Shown: positions 49,154 through 57,870, numbered from the stretch's first letter. The stretch is 64,000 nt of DNA from a virus (IMGVR_UViG_3300037761_000271:1-64000); one strand, 5' to 3'. Translations and numbers: made by a program. The notes: a model not told the origin generated them from the letters alone.

Positions 49154-49456
49154 ATGCCCCAGGCCGGCCCCGACACGGGGGTTCCTCGCGCGTTCGCCGC
49201 CGCCCGGCTTGGCGTGTCCCCGCACACGGTGAGCATGTGGGCGGCCCGCGGCTATGTTGCCCGGTGGACCGACGACGCTGGCGTGGAGCACACCGAGCAC
49301 CGGCCGGTGCGCACGGTCGGCTGGTGGCGTGGCCACCGGCTCTACCGGTGGGGTGACCTGGTCGAGGCCGAGCACCACACCCGCAACACCGTCCTGTCGG
49401 CGCGCCACCAGGACCGCTCCCCCGCCACCGGCTCCCATGTCGGTGCCCAGGCCTAG
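49154..49456 (+). CDS. MerR-like HTH protein
   Basis: AAARLGVSPHTVSMWAARG...LYRWGDL. Confidence 0.65.
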   Translation: MPQAGPDTGVPRAFAAARLGVSPHTVSMWAARGYVARWTDDAGVEHTEHRPVRTVGWWRGHRLYRWGDLVEAEHHTRNTVLSARHQDRSPATGSHVGAQA

Positions 49457-49617
49457 ACTCATCCCACGGCCCCGACCAACCCAGTTCGGGCGGCCCCCGA
49501 CCCTTCCCCGCTGACCCCCCGCTCACGCAAGAGGGGTCGCCGAGGGCCGCCCACAACTTCCCCACCTTCTCGCGGCCCAGTCAGCCCGAACCAAACCAAA
49601 CCCCGGCGTGATGCCGG

Positions 49618-50901
49618 TTGACGTCCTCCACGCCCAAAAGGCGTCGGATTCCAACCTAGGCTGCGAGCAGCTCGGGTTGAGGTTCGCGGTTCACGGGCTC
49701 GCCCAGCGGCGAGCCTCCCCGCGCAGTCACGGCGCGCCCCGCCGCGATGTCCCTGATGTTGCAGGCCGCGTTCACGTCGGCGTTGGCCACGTGCCCGCAG
49801 GCGAGGCACCGGAACACCGCTTGGCTCTCGCGGTTCTCGGCTGCGCAGTGCCCGCAGGCGTTGCAGGTCAACGACGTGAACGCAGGCTTAACTTTGGCGA
49901 TGCGGCCAGGCGCCTTACCTTCCAGGCGCTCGACCAGTAGCCCCCAGCCAGCGGACAGAATCGCCTTGTTGAGGCCGGTCTTTTGCCTAATGTTCCGGCC
50001 CGGCGCCTCGACAGTGCCTCTGGCCGACCGGGTCATGCTGGCGATCTTCAGGTCCTCTACCGCGATCAGGTCGAACCGGCGGGCCAGGTCGGTGGTGGTC
50101 TTCTCCACCCAGTCCTTCCGCCGGTCCGTCTCGCGCGTCCTCAGCCTGGAGATTGCCAACTTGGTTCTGCTGCGCCGGGTGGACCCTCGTTTGGCGCGAA
50201 CCAGCTTTCGCCGGAGGCTGAGCAGCCGACGCCGCTCAGCTGGCCGAAGGGTCGGCACGGTCGACAGCTCACCGGTGGACAGCGCGACCGCCGCGACCAC
50301 GCCCCGGTCCACACCCACCTCTGCCCCGTTGCCCGGCCCCGGGATCGGCTCCGGGATCGTGGCGAACGCGACATGCCACCGCCCCGCTCGGTCACGGGTG
50401 ACCCGGTACGACTTCACCCCGTCGGGCACCGGTCGGGACCAGCGGAAACTTATCCAGCCGATCTTCGGCACCTTGACCTGACCGACGTTGCGCGACAGCC
50501 GACGAACATCCCAATGGGTGCCGACCCCAGTACCTCGCTGGCCAACGACACGGAATCCTTCGTCCCTGCCTGCCTTCCGCCACTTCGGCAGTCGGTGGCT
50601 GCCTTCGTAGAAGAGCGCCATCGCGGCAGCGAAGTCCCGCAGTGCCTGCTGCTGGACGGTCACGGAGCCGCCGCGCAGCCACTCGTGCTCGGCCCGGGCC
50701 GCGGTCAGCTGCCGACACTGTTCGGCGAACCTAGGTGCCGGACCGCGTTGCCGGCTCCACCAGGAGTGCTGCTCAACGGCCAGGTTCCAGACGAACCGGG
50801 CGTGTGCGCAGTGCTCCAGCAGCGCCGCCTCCTGGGCGGCCGTGGGCTGAAGACGGTAGCGCGACACAACGGCACCATACGACACAGGTGTGACAACAGC
50901 T
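49618..50901 (-). mobile_element. IS200/IS605-family tnpB-only element 3, flanked by a 16-17 bp direct repeat
   Basis: Right end (minus strand) GGAATCCGACGCCTTTTGGGCGTGGAGGACGTCAA; CCCGGCGTGATGCCGGT at 49602 and 50902. Confidence 0.85.
49656..50885 (-). CDS. tnpB: TnpB nuclease
   Basis: VGVDRG / VEDL / ADVNAA; CNACG..CLACG; start may be 50867. Confidence 0.95.
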   Translation of the reverse strand: MSYGAVVSRYRLQPTAAQEAALLEHCAHARFVWNLAVEQHSWWSRQRGPAPRFAEQCRQLTAARAEHEWLRGGSVTVQQQALRDFAAAMALFYEGSHRLPKWRKAGRDEGFRVVGQRGTGVGTHWDVRRLSRNVGQVKVPKIGWISFRWSRPVPDGVKSYRVTRDRAGRWHVAFATIPEPIPGPGNGAEVGVDRGVVAAVALSTGELSTVPTLRPAERRRLLSLRRKLVRAKRGSTRRSRTKLAISRLRTRETDRRKDWVEKTTTDLARRFDLIAVEDLKIASMTRSARGTVEAPGRNIRQKTGLNKAILSAGWGLLVERLEGKAPGRIAKVKPAFTSLTCNACGHCAAENRESQAVFRCLACGHVANADVNAACNIRDIAAGRAVTARGGSPLGEPVNREPQPELLAA

Positions 50902-50993
50902 CCCGGCGTGATGCCGGTGAGAGCCCCGAGACCACCGGTCCGGGGCTTCTCTGCCGCCCCGTGACGGGGCTATCCGTGAAGGAGCAACCACCC

Positions 50994-51704
50994 ATGCCCA
51001 AGGAGAGCGTCTACTGCGTCGCCGACCGGCAGTACCGGGTCGATGTCGGCTGGAGCCGGGACCGCGACCACGTGGAGATCGGCACCGACACCAACACGGC
51101 CGTGGGCATCCACAACCTGGTCCAGCACCTCCCGGACTCGGAGACACCCGGCGTCCGCTACGAGGGTCCGATCGCCTGGAACGGTCTGCACTGCCAGCTC
51201 GACCGCCGCGCGGTCAACGACCTGATCTATCTGCTGCGTAGGGCGCGGGACCAGGCGTTCGGCAAGGACGCATAACCCGCACCACTTCGACCGGGGCCGG
51301 CCCCGTGTCCCGGGATGTGCCCGGGGCCGGCCCTGCAAACATCCCGCCGCATCCCGAACCCTGGAGTACCCATGTCCGACCCGGTGATCACCGGCACGGC
51401 TGATGTGCGTCACCTGCCGGTGGCCGAGTTTCGCCAAACCGGCTTCCTGCAAGAGGTGAACCGGCAGTTTCTGCACCCGCTGGGCCTGGCCCTGTCGGTC
51501 GAGCTGGCCCCGGACGGGTCGGAGCGGCTGGGCGCGATCTGGGACTGCCGGGACGACCCGGAGGGTATCCGGTTCGTGCCGTCTGCGGTCGACCCGGACA
51601 AGGCGCGGCGGGTGGCCGAGCAGCGGGAGCGCCTGGCAGGTTCGCGGCAGGCCCGGCTGGGGTACGTGGTGCAGCCGGCCCCTGATGCTGGGGCGCCGGC
51701 ATGA
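50994..51704 (+). CDS. Two hypothetical genes (50994-51275, 51372-51704)
   Basis: GAAGGAG and GGAG RBSs; phage-like sequences. Confidence 0.65.
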
Positions 51705-51948
51705 CGTGGCAGGCGTTCGTCGTGCCCGACTACCTCAGCATGGGCCGTGGCGTACACATCTACCTCGGACTAAAGCGCCCGGATGGCTCCATGACGGCGA
51801 CGTGGCCCATGCTCTGCTCGATGCGCTCGCAGCGCACTACGGCGGCACGTCGGATCTTCGGCGGCTGCGGGCCGACTACGACGCCGAGCGGCGCCGGGTG
51901 GACAAGATGATTGACCGGTTGACGCTGCCCGAGCGGCCCGCTCGGTGA
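51701..51948 (+). pseudogene. Frameshifted or internally deleted phage gene
   Basis: MTWQAFV...KRPDGS and ...ALLDALAAHYGG...AERRRVDKMID lie in different frames. Confidence 0.45.
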
Positions 51949-52481
51949 CGGTCATCGTCGGGCTGGTCCACAACGGTGTGGTGCACCTGGGTGGTGACTC
52001 GGCCGGCATCTCCGGCTGGGATCTGACTGTCCGCGCCGACCCGAAGGTGTTCACTGTCGGCCCTTACGCGATCGGGTACACCACCAGCTTCCGCATGGGC
52101 CAACTGCTGCGCTGGTCGTTCGACCCGCCCAAACCGGACACGGCCAAGCTGGACCGGTTCATGACGACCACGTTCGTCGACGCCGCCCGGGCCGCGTTCA
52201 AGGCTGGCGGCTGGGCGAAGAAGGACAGCGAGCAGGAGGAAGGCGGCCAGTGGCTGGTGGGCGTGGCGGGCCGGCTGTTCGAGGTCGGCGGCGACTACCA
52301 GGTGGGTGAGCCGGCCGGCGGGTACGCGGCGATCGGCTGCGGCGGCCAGGCTGCCCACGGTGCCCTGTACGCCACCCCGACCCTGGCACCACGGCGGCGG
52401 TTGCAGCTGGCGCTGGAGGCCGCGCAGCATCACAGCGCCGGGGTCCGCGGACCCTTCACCTACGTGAGGAGCCGGGCGTGA
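51945..52481 (+). CDS. Ntn-hydrolase (HslV/proteasome-beta-like) peptidase
   Basis: N-terminal (M)T nucleophile; GGDS; PKVF; AIGCGG..A.GAL. Confidence 0.75.
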   Translation: MTVIVGLVHNGVVHLGGDSAGISGWDLTVRADPKVFTVGPYAIGYTTSFRMGQLLRWSFDPPKPDTAKLDRFMTTTFVDAARAAFKAGGWAKKDSEQEEGGQWLVGVAGRLFEVGGDYQVGEPAGGYAAIGCGGQAAHGALYATPTLAPRRRLQLALEAAQHHSAGVRGPFTYVRSRA

Positions 52482-52715
52482 GCGGCCTGGAGGGCATCGT
52501 CGAGGAGCTGGTGATCCGGCCCGGTGACACGCTGGTGGTGCGGGTCCAGGCTGCCATCTCACCTCAGCAGGTCGACGAGCTTAAGCGGGAGCTGAGCGAG
52601 CGCCTGCCGGGCGTTAAGGCGCTGGTCGTTGCCGCCGAGCAGATTGCCGTTTACCGCCCGGCACCCGGCTGGCGGAGGTGTGCAGCCCAACCTGGCGCTG
52701 GTAGCGTGTGACGGG

Positions 52716-52886
52716 ATGAGCAGCACAGACACCACCACCAGGTCAGGTCGCCGCACCGTCTCGGTGAAACTCTCGTGGGCTGGTGTGGCCGAGTTGGACC
52801 GGCTGGCCGCCGCTGAGGGTGTGGACCGGTCGGAGTTGATCCGCCGGCTGCTGCGGGAGGCCATCCAGGCGAGGCGGACACGATGA
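52716..52886 (+). CDS. CopG/RHH DNA-binding protein
   Basis: TVSVKLS...ELDRLAAAEGVDRSELIRRLLREAI. Confidence 0.85.
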   Translation: MSSTDTTTRSGRRTVSVKLSWAGVAELDRLAAAEGVDRSELIRRLLREAIQARRTR

Positions 52887-54076
52887 GACTGCCACGGTGG
52901 GTGCACCGGTTGTACGCTGCGGCGGGCGGCTGGTTCTGGCTGCCGTGCCCGGCATGCGGCGAGCACTTCGGCGGGCATGAGGCCGGCAACTGCTCCCGCG
53001 GTACCCGCACGGTGTGCCGCCGCTGCTCGGCCAGCCTCCGCTGCTGTGGTGGCGTGACGGTCAACGGCGAGCGGTTGCACCTGTCGTACGCCGGCCAGCC
53101 GGCAGGAGTAGCAGCTGTGACGCGGCTGGTCTGCTGGCTACGCGGGCATCAGCCGGTGAAGGTCATCGAGCGGGTCAAGCTGGACTCTGTCACACCGTGG
53201 GGAGCGGTCTGGGGCATAGTTGCTGCTCGGCTGGAATGCAGGCGGTGTGGTAGGACCGTAATCGGGGTCCCGCCGCGCCGCAGGGGTGAGCTGCCCGGCG
53301 GGTGGGTCGTGCCGTGACTGACCCGACCCCCGACTATCCCACGCAGTGGATCACCACCGATGCGGTTCGCAACAGCAGGCCGCCAGCAGGTCAGGCCCGG
53401 ACCTACCGTCAGCCGGCGTACACGGTCGGCTGGGTATGCGCGGTCGGCTCGTTGGCGCTGGCCCGTCTGATCGACCCGGACTGGCTGGCCGCTGTGACCG
53501 TGCTGGTCGCCTACCTGGCCGGTGGCTGGTGGATGCGTACCACCTACCGGCAGGCGAGGCCGGACCCGGTGCTCGTGTACGACCGCTGGCTTGCCCACCG
53601 CCGCCGCTGGACACCTGCCGACGTGGCCGCCTGGCTGGTCTACCGGTCGGGCCGCCTGGCCTGCCGGCTGCTGCGACGCCACAACGTGAGCTGTCGCGGC
53701 CGCCTGGACCATGTACGTCCCGACGGGACCGTGATCGAGGCGGGCAGCCGTGGCTGACCCGGCTTTGCCCAACCGGGTCGAGGTTGAGGCGTGGCTGGCA
53801 TCCCGCGCCCACCCCACCGGCTGGGCCACCACCTTGACGGGCCTGCCGTGGGAGATCATCCACCCGGTGTGCCGCATCGCCGCCGCCAGCCGTGTCCACC
53901 CGGCCGTAGTGCTCGGGGCGGCTGCGGCGTACACCGGCGACCGGGGCGACCGGGGCGTCCGGCAGGCCATCACCCAGCAGCTGACCCACCACGGCCACAC
54001 CCCACCCCCAGGCACCGGACCCAACCGCGCCACCCGCCGCGCCCAGACCAGGAACAGCCGCCGCGCTGCGAGGTGA
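52883..54076 (+). CDS. Hypothetical genes (52883-53317, 53314-53757, 53750-54076)
   Basis: Coupled ORFs. Confidence 0.55.
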
Positions 54077-54082
54077 GCCACG

Positions 54083-54385
54083 ATGGCCCGCCACAACCAC
54101 CAGCCCACCACCACCCAACGCGGCCTGGGCCACCCCCACCAGCGGCTCCGCGCCCGGCTGCTACCCCAGGCGTACGGCCACCCCTGCCCCTACTGCGGAC
54201 GACCGATGCTGGAAGGTCAAGACCTGGACCTCGACCACCCGCTGCCCCGCGCCCTGGGCGGGAAGCCTGGTGAGGGTCGCATGGCACACCGACACTGCAA
54301 CCGCTCACGTGGATCGAAGCTAGGCAATGCCTTACGCGCAGCTCGACGGCAGCCGCCACGCCGCGTCACATCACGACGATGGTGA
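54083..54385 (+). CDS. Packaging-associated HNH endonuclease
   Basis: CPYCG...DLDH..PRALGG...AHRHCNRSRG; directly upstream of terS. Confidence 0.85.
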   Translation: MARHNHQPTTTQRGLGHPHQRLRARLLPQAYGHPCPYCGRPMLEGQDLDLDHPLPRALGGKPGEGRMAHRHCNRSRGSKLGNALRAARRQPPRRVTSRRW

Positions 54386-54389
54386 ATGC

Positions 54390-54490
54390 ACAGGGGCACC
54401 CGGGGGGGCGGGTCCCGACGCATTTCGGACAATCCCTGACCCGCTTCCGAGCCAGGTGATTTTTACACACGGCGTTTTTCCGTTTCGTGT
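54390..54490. other. Candidate cos/packaging region
   Basis: G-run, GACCCGC and T-runs between HNH and terS, the usual position in HNH-terS-terL phages. Confidence 0.4.
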
Positions 54491-54616
54491 AGGGCCCGGC
54501 CCGGCCCTGACCTGCACGTATAAACGTTATTCTATGTCCGCCTCCTGACGTGGACTAGTGTCGATATCTCGCGTAAGCCCCTTGTGCCAACTCCGCCTTG
54601 TCGGTGACGGCTGTCG

Positions 54617-54943
54617 ATGTTTCGGAGCGGGGAGGTCCGGCTCGTGGCAGCTCGAACAAGGCGGCTCCGTGCGGTAGGGCCAGGTGAGTCCGCGCAGGGA
54701 AGGAAGCCACCGCGTGTGACGGTAGCGGCCCAGAGCGGCAGCCACAGGGATCTGCTGGTCGCTCTGCGGTCCAGGATTGCCCAGGCAGTCGAGGACCCGA
54801 ACACGCCACCCCGGGATCTGGCGTCACTGTCGCGGCGGCTGCTGGAGATCGCTAAGGAGATCGAGGCGATCGATGCCGACGACCAGGGGGACGAAGTTGG
54901 TGCGGCAGCCGCGACGCCGGACGAACCGTGGGCTGCTACCTGA
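54617..54943 (+). CDS. terS: Terminase small subunit (start uncertain)
   Basis: DLLVALRSRIAQAV...PRDLASLSRRLLEI; position. Confidence 0.7.
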   Translation: MFRSGEVRLVAARTRRLRAVGPGESAQGRKPPRVTVAAQSGSHRDLLVALRSRIAQAVEDPNTPPRDLASLSRRLLEIAKEIEAIDADDQGDEVGAAAATPDEPWAAT

Positions 54944-56387
54944 GGCCCGTCACCTGATCTTGCCGAAGGGGATCCGGTCGTCCGGGTTCCCTTCGGTGCG
55001 GGAGACGTGCCGACGTGTCGGTATCGAGTTCGACCGGTGGCAGCAGGATCTGAACAGGTGCCTGCTGGCCAAGGACGCGGCCGGGTTGTACGCGGCCGAC
55101 ACCGCGGTGCTGTCGATCGCGCGCCAGGTGGGTAAGACCTTCGACGTGGGTGCGGTGGCGTTCGCGTTGTGTATCGCCACGCCGGGTCTGACGGTGGTGT
55201 GGACGGCGCACCGGTTCAAGGTGTCGCGCGAGTCATTCAACGAGATGCGGGCATGGGCGAAACGGCGCCAGCTCGCCGCGCACATCGACTACGACGAGAT
55301 CACCACTGGGGCGGGGAACGAGCAGATCCCGTTCCGCAATGATGCCCGGATCGTGTTCGCGGCCCGGGAGCGTGGGGCGATCCGCGGGTTCACCAAGGTC
55401 GGGGTGCTGGTGCTGGACGAGGCGCAGATCCTGACCGAGGCGGCGCTGTCGGACCTGGTGCCGACGACCAACCAGGCGCCGAACCCGCTGGTGATCCTGA
55501 TGGGCACACCGCCGAAGCCGACCGACCCGAGTGAGGTTTTTGTCCGGCTGCGGCAGGAGGCGCTGGACGGCGAGTCGGATGATGTGCTGTACGTCGAGCT
55601 GTCCGCCGACGCGAACGCCGACCCGAACGACCGTAGGCAGTGGCGCAAGGCGAACCTGTCGTACCCGGCCCGCACGTCGGAGCGGGCGATCCTGCGGCTG
55701 AAGAAGCTGCTGTCGGCCGAGGATTTCCTGCGGGAGGGGCTGGGGGTCTGGCCGGAGGGCGGCCTACCGAAGTGGCAGGTAATCAGCGAGGCGGCGTGGC
55801 TGGCCCGGCAGAAGACCACCCGCGCGCAGCTTCGGCTGGTCGACCCGGTGACGCTGGGGGTGGATGTCACCCCGGACCGGACCTGGTCGGCGGTCGCCGC
55901 CGCCGGTGACCGGGTCGGTGGCGGCCGGGCGGTGGAGGTCACCGCCGACCCGCAGGCGGCCGAGCTGCGGGACCGGGTGGACTACCGGCCGGGCACCGGC
56001 TGGGTGATACCCCGGCTGAAGACGCTGGTGGAACGCAACCGGCCGTGTGTGATCGTGATATCGGACCGGGCGCTGTTCGAGGAGGCCGAGGCGGCTGGGC
56101 TGCCGGCCTACCGGGCCAGCACCGGCGACCTGGCGTCGGCGGCGGCGAAGCTGTACGACGGGATCGCCGGCACCACCCCGGACGTGTGGCACTCACCCGA
56201 CCCGGACCTGGCCGATGCGGCGGCGGGGGCGACGAAGCGTCCGCTCGGCGATGGGTGGGCGTGGGACCGCCGCTCGGTCAGCGTCAACATCTGCACCCTG
56301 GTCGCCACCAGCCTGGCGTTGTGGGGGGCGGCAACACCTCGCATCCACGTTGCCCGGTTGACCCCGTTCGCCCTCGTCGGCAGCTAG
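54897..56387 (+). CDS. terL: Terminase large subunit
   Basis: ARQVGKT; WTAHR; RGF...LDEAQ; GTPP; LGVDV nuclease motif. Confidence 0.93.
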   Translation: MVRQPRRRTNRGLLPEARHLILPKGIRSSGFPSVRETCRRVGIEFDRWQQDLNRCLLAKDAAGLYAADTAVLSIARQVGKTFDVGAVAFALCIATPGLTVVWTAHRFKVSRESFNEMRAWAKRRQLAAHIDYDEITTGAGNEQIPFRNDARIVFAARERGAIRGFTKVGVLVLDEAQILTEAALSDLVPTTNQAPNPLVILMGTPPKPTDPSEVFVRLRQEALDGESDDVLYVELSADANADPNDRRQWRKANLSYPARTSERAILRLKKLLSAEDFLREGLGVWPEGGLPKWQVISEAAWLARQKTTRAQLRLVDPVTLGVDVTPDRTWSAVAAAGDRVGGGRAVEVTADPQAAELRDRVDYRPGTGWVIPRLKTLVERNRPCVIVISDRALFEEAEAAGLPAYRASTGDLASAAAKLYDGIAGTTPDVWHSPDPDLADAAAGATKRPLGDGWAWDRRSVSVNICTLVATSLALWGAATPRIHVARLTPFALVGS

Positions 56388-56390
56388 ATA

Positions 56391-56485
56391 CCCTCGCCTT
56401 GCCCCGCCTGGCCAAGCCAGGCCCGGCCTTGCCGCACCTAGCCATGCCCGGACTCGCCGTACCCAGCCGTGCCCCGCCAGGCCAC
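56391..56485 (-). ncRNA. GGY-NN pentamer array A (18 units), putative guide RNA
   Basis: Plus-strand units gcctt gcccc gcctg gccaa ... gccac in exact 5-nt register; 2 GGT and 1 GTC variants. Confidence 0.85.
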
Positions 56486-56486
56486 G

Positions 56487-57026
56487 CTAACTTTCTCCTC
56501 GCTCCAGCCGCTCCAGCCGAGCCTTGAGTTCCGCGATCTCCTCCTCGGACCGCTCGTGACGCTGGTCCATCGACGACAGGGACTCCTCCAGCCGTTTCTG
56601 TCGGATGTCCATCCGCCGGTTGAAGTCCATCTGTGCGGCGAATGCCCGCGCAACCAGCTCGAATGCCTGCCGGGTGTCCGGGTCCATGCCCGAGAAGTCG
56701 ACGTGGACCACCTTCGAATGACCGGAGCGTAGCGCCCGGTTCGACTTCCGCTGCTGCTGGCGGGCAAGCTGCATGTGCTCGGGTGGCCTCACCACCCGAT
56801 AGCCCTGGTTGGGGACCGCCTCGACCGCCCGCTTGTCGATCAGCTCATGTTCGCGGGCGGCCCGCCGCATCGCCATCTGTAGCTGGTGCCGGTCCCGGAC
56901 AGGATGCAGGCCGAGGGCGTCACCCATCTGCTGGTAGGTGAGGGTGTGGGCGGTCTCGGTGGCCCGGAGCAGGTCGTAGACGATCCGCCACCGGGGTTGC
57001 TCGCCGAGTGGCTGGAATGGTGCCAT
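56487..57026 (-). CDS. Accessory protein of the cassette, possible wHTH plus coiled coil
   Basis: ATG overlaps the upstream TGA; TLTYQQMGDALG...PNQGYRVV. Confidence 0.8.
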   Translation of the reverse strand: MAPFQPLGEQPRWRIVYDLLRATETAHTLTYQQMGDALGLHPVRDRHQLQMAMRRAAREHELIDKRAVEAVPNQGYRVVRPPEHMQLARQQQRKSNRALRSGHSKVVHVDFSGMDPDTRQAFELVARAFAAQMDFNRRMDIRQKRLEESLSSMDQRHERSEEEIAELKARLERLERGES

Positions 57027-57598
57027 CACGCGGTCTCGACCTTGGCGATGAACCGGCCGTAACGGGGGCGCCAGTCGCCCAGCCCGATCAGTTGTCCGGC
57101 GGTTTCGGCGATCGCCTCGACCTCGGCCAGGTCGATGACGTTGGTATCGATGTAGCCGAGGGCATCGGTGCGCCACTCGCGGAACATGGGCCGGCAGCGC
57201 ATGACCCGCTGCTGCCCGACCTTGGCGGACGCCAGCAGTCGGAAGTTCTCATCGGCCCACAGTCCGGCCGCGTCGCGTGGCCCGCGGTAGGCGAGCGGGT
57301 TCAGGTCGGACTTGATGAACACGCCTTCCTTGACCTTCGGCCCGCGCTTGGACTTCTTCGCCGCGTCGTAAAGGGCGCGCCAGATGTTCTCACCGGGGAT
57401 GAATGGGCCGATCTCCGAGTCGATGTAGAGCGACCCGGCGTGCTCCAGCCGGGCGATCTGTTCGTGGTCATCGTCGGTCTTGTTGCGCTTCCCGGTGATC
57501 CGCTTCATGGCCTTTGCGGCTGGGTCGAGCGGGTTGGACAGCCTGCCGCTGTGCATGAGCAGGCTGGTTGTGCCTTCGATGGTGATGCGGAAGTCCAT
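57026..57598 (-). CDS. RAMP/Cas7-like protein (Vipr-like effector)
   Basis: ITIEGTTSLLMH strand; PFIPGENIWRAL resembles the RAMP P.IPGS.KG motif; Gly-rich GLGDWRPRYGRF loop; GAGGAG RBS. Confidence 0.8.
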   Translation of the reverse strand: MDFRITIEGTTSLLMHSGRLSNPLDPAAKAMKRITGKRNKTDDDHEQIARLEHAGSLYIDSEIGPFIPGENIWRALYDAAKKSKRGPKVKEGVFIKSDLNPLAYRGPRDAAGLWADENFRLLASAKVGQQRVMRCRPMFREWRTDALGYIDTNVIDLAEVEAIAETAGQLIGLGDWRPRYGRFIAKVETA

Positions 57599-57624
57599 TT
57601 CCCCGTGCTCCTCGTGTTGGTAGT

Positions 57625-57699
57625 TCCCTGCCGCGCCCAGCCGTGCCTCGCCGAGCCCAACCTAGCCAGGCCGCGCCGGGCCCGGCCCCGCCCCGCCTT
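57625..57699 (-). ncRNA. GGY-NN pentamer array B (14 units), putative guide RNA
   Basis: Exact 5-nt register from 57630 to 57699. Confidence 0.85.
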
Positions 57700-57702
57700 G
57701 CG

Positions 57703-57744
57703 TGCGGTGGTCGGGAGTCGAACCCGACTGATGACCATCACCGC
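57703..57744 (-). ncRNA. tRNA-like acceptor/T-arm minihelix between arrays
   Basis: GCGGTG-atggtcatca-GTCGGG-TTCGACT-CCCGAC-CACCGC-A. Confidence 0.75.
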
Positions 57745-57746
57745 GC

Positions 57747-57816
57747 CCCATGCCCCGCCTCGACAAGCCGTGCCAAACCAAGACTCGCCACGCCCAGCCT
57801 CGCCTGGCCAAGCCGT
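57747..57816 (-). ncRNA. GGY-NN pentamer array C (13-14 units), putative guide RNA
   Basis: Exact 5-nt register from 57752 to 57816. Confidence 0.85.
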
Positions 57817-57819
57817 GCA

Positions 57820-57870
57820 CCCGCAATATACCACGCTTTACGGGATACATACCACGTCTATACCGTGATA
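57820..57870 (-). promoter_or_regulatory. Cassette promoter with repeated operator-like boxes
   Basis: Extended -10 TGgTATATT (minus strand, 57825-57833); ATACCACG at 57828 and 57849; ATACCGTG at 57860. Confidence 0.6.

Noticed and set aside
27996-50901. Autonomous IS elements or IStrons
   Set aside because: No tnpA or IS607 serine transposase is adjacent to any tnpB, and no group I intron core was recognised.
54445-54470. Contiguous similarity of array C dinucleotides to GGTGATTTTTAC near the cos-like region
   Set aside because: Short, needs an indel, and fails in the gapped register.
56319-56360. Array A as a gapped match to the terL 3' end
   Set aside because: Only 15/28 identities (5 perfect pairs). 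It is suggestive given adjacency and unusual codons, but expected by chance at window scale.
56391-57816. Pentamer arrays as CRISPR arrays or as coding ORFs (e.g. 57505..57834 -, 57643..57975 +)
   Set aside because: There are no 20-40 nt repeats or spacers. The 5-nt period is incompatible with codon structure and the translations are low-complexity ARQG-type artefacts.
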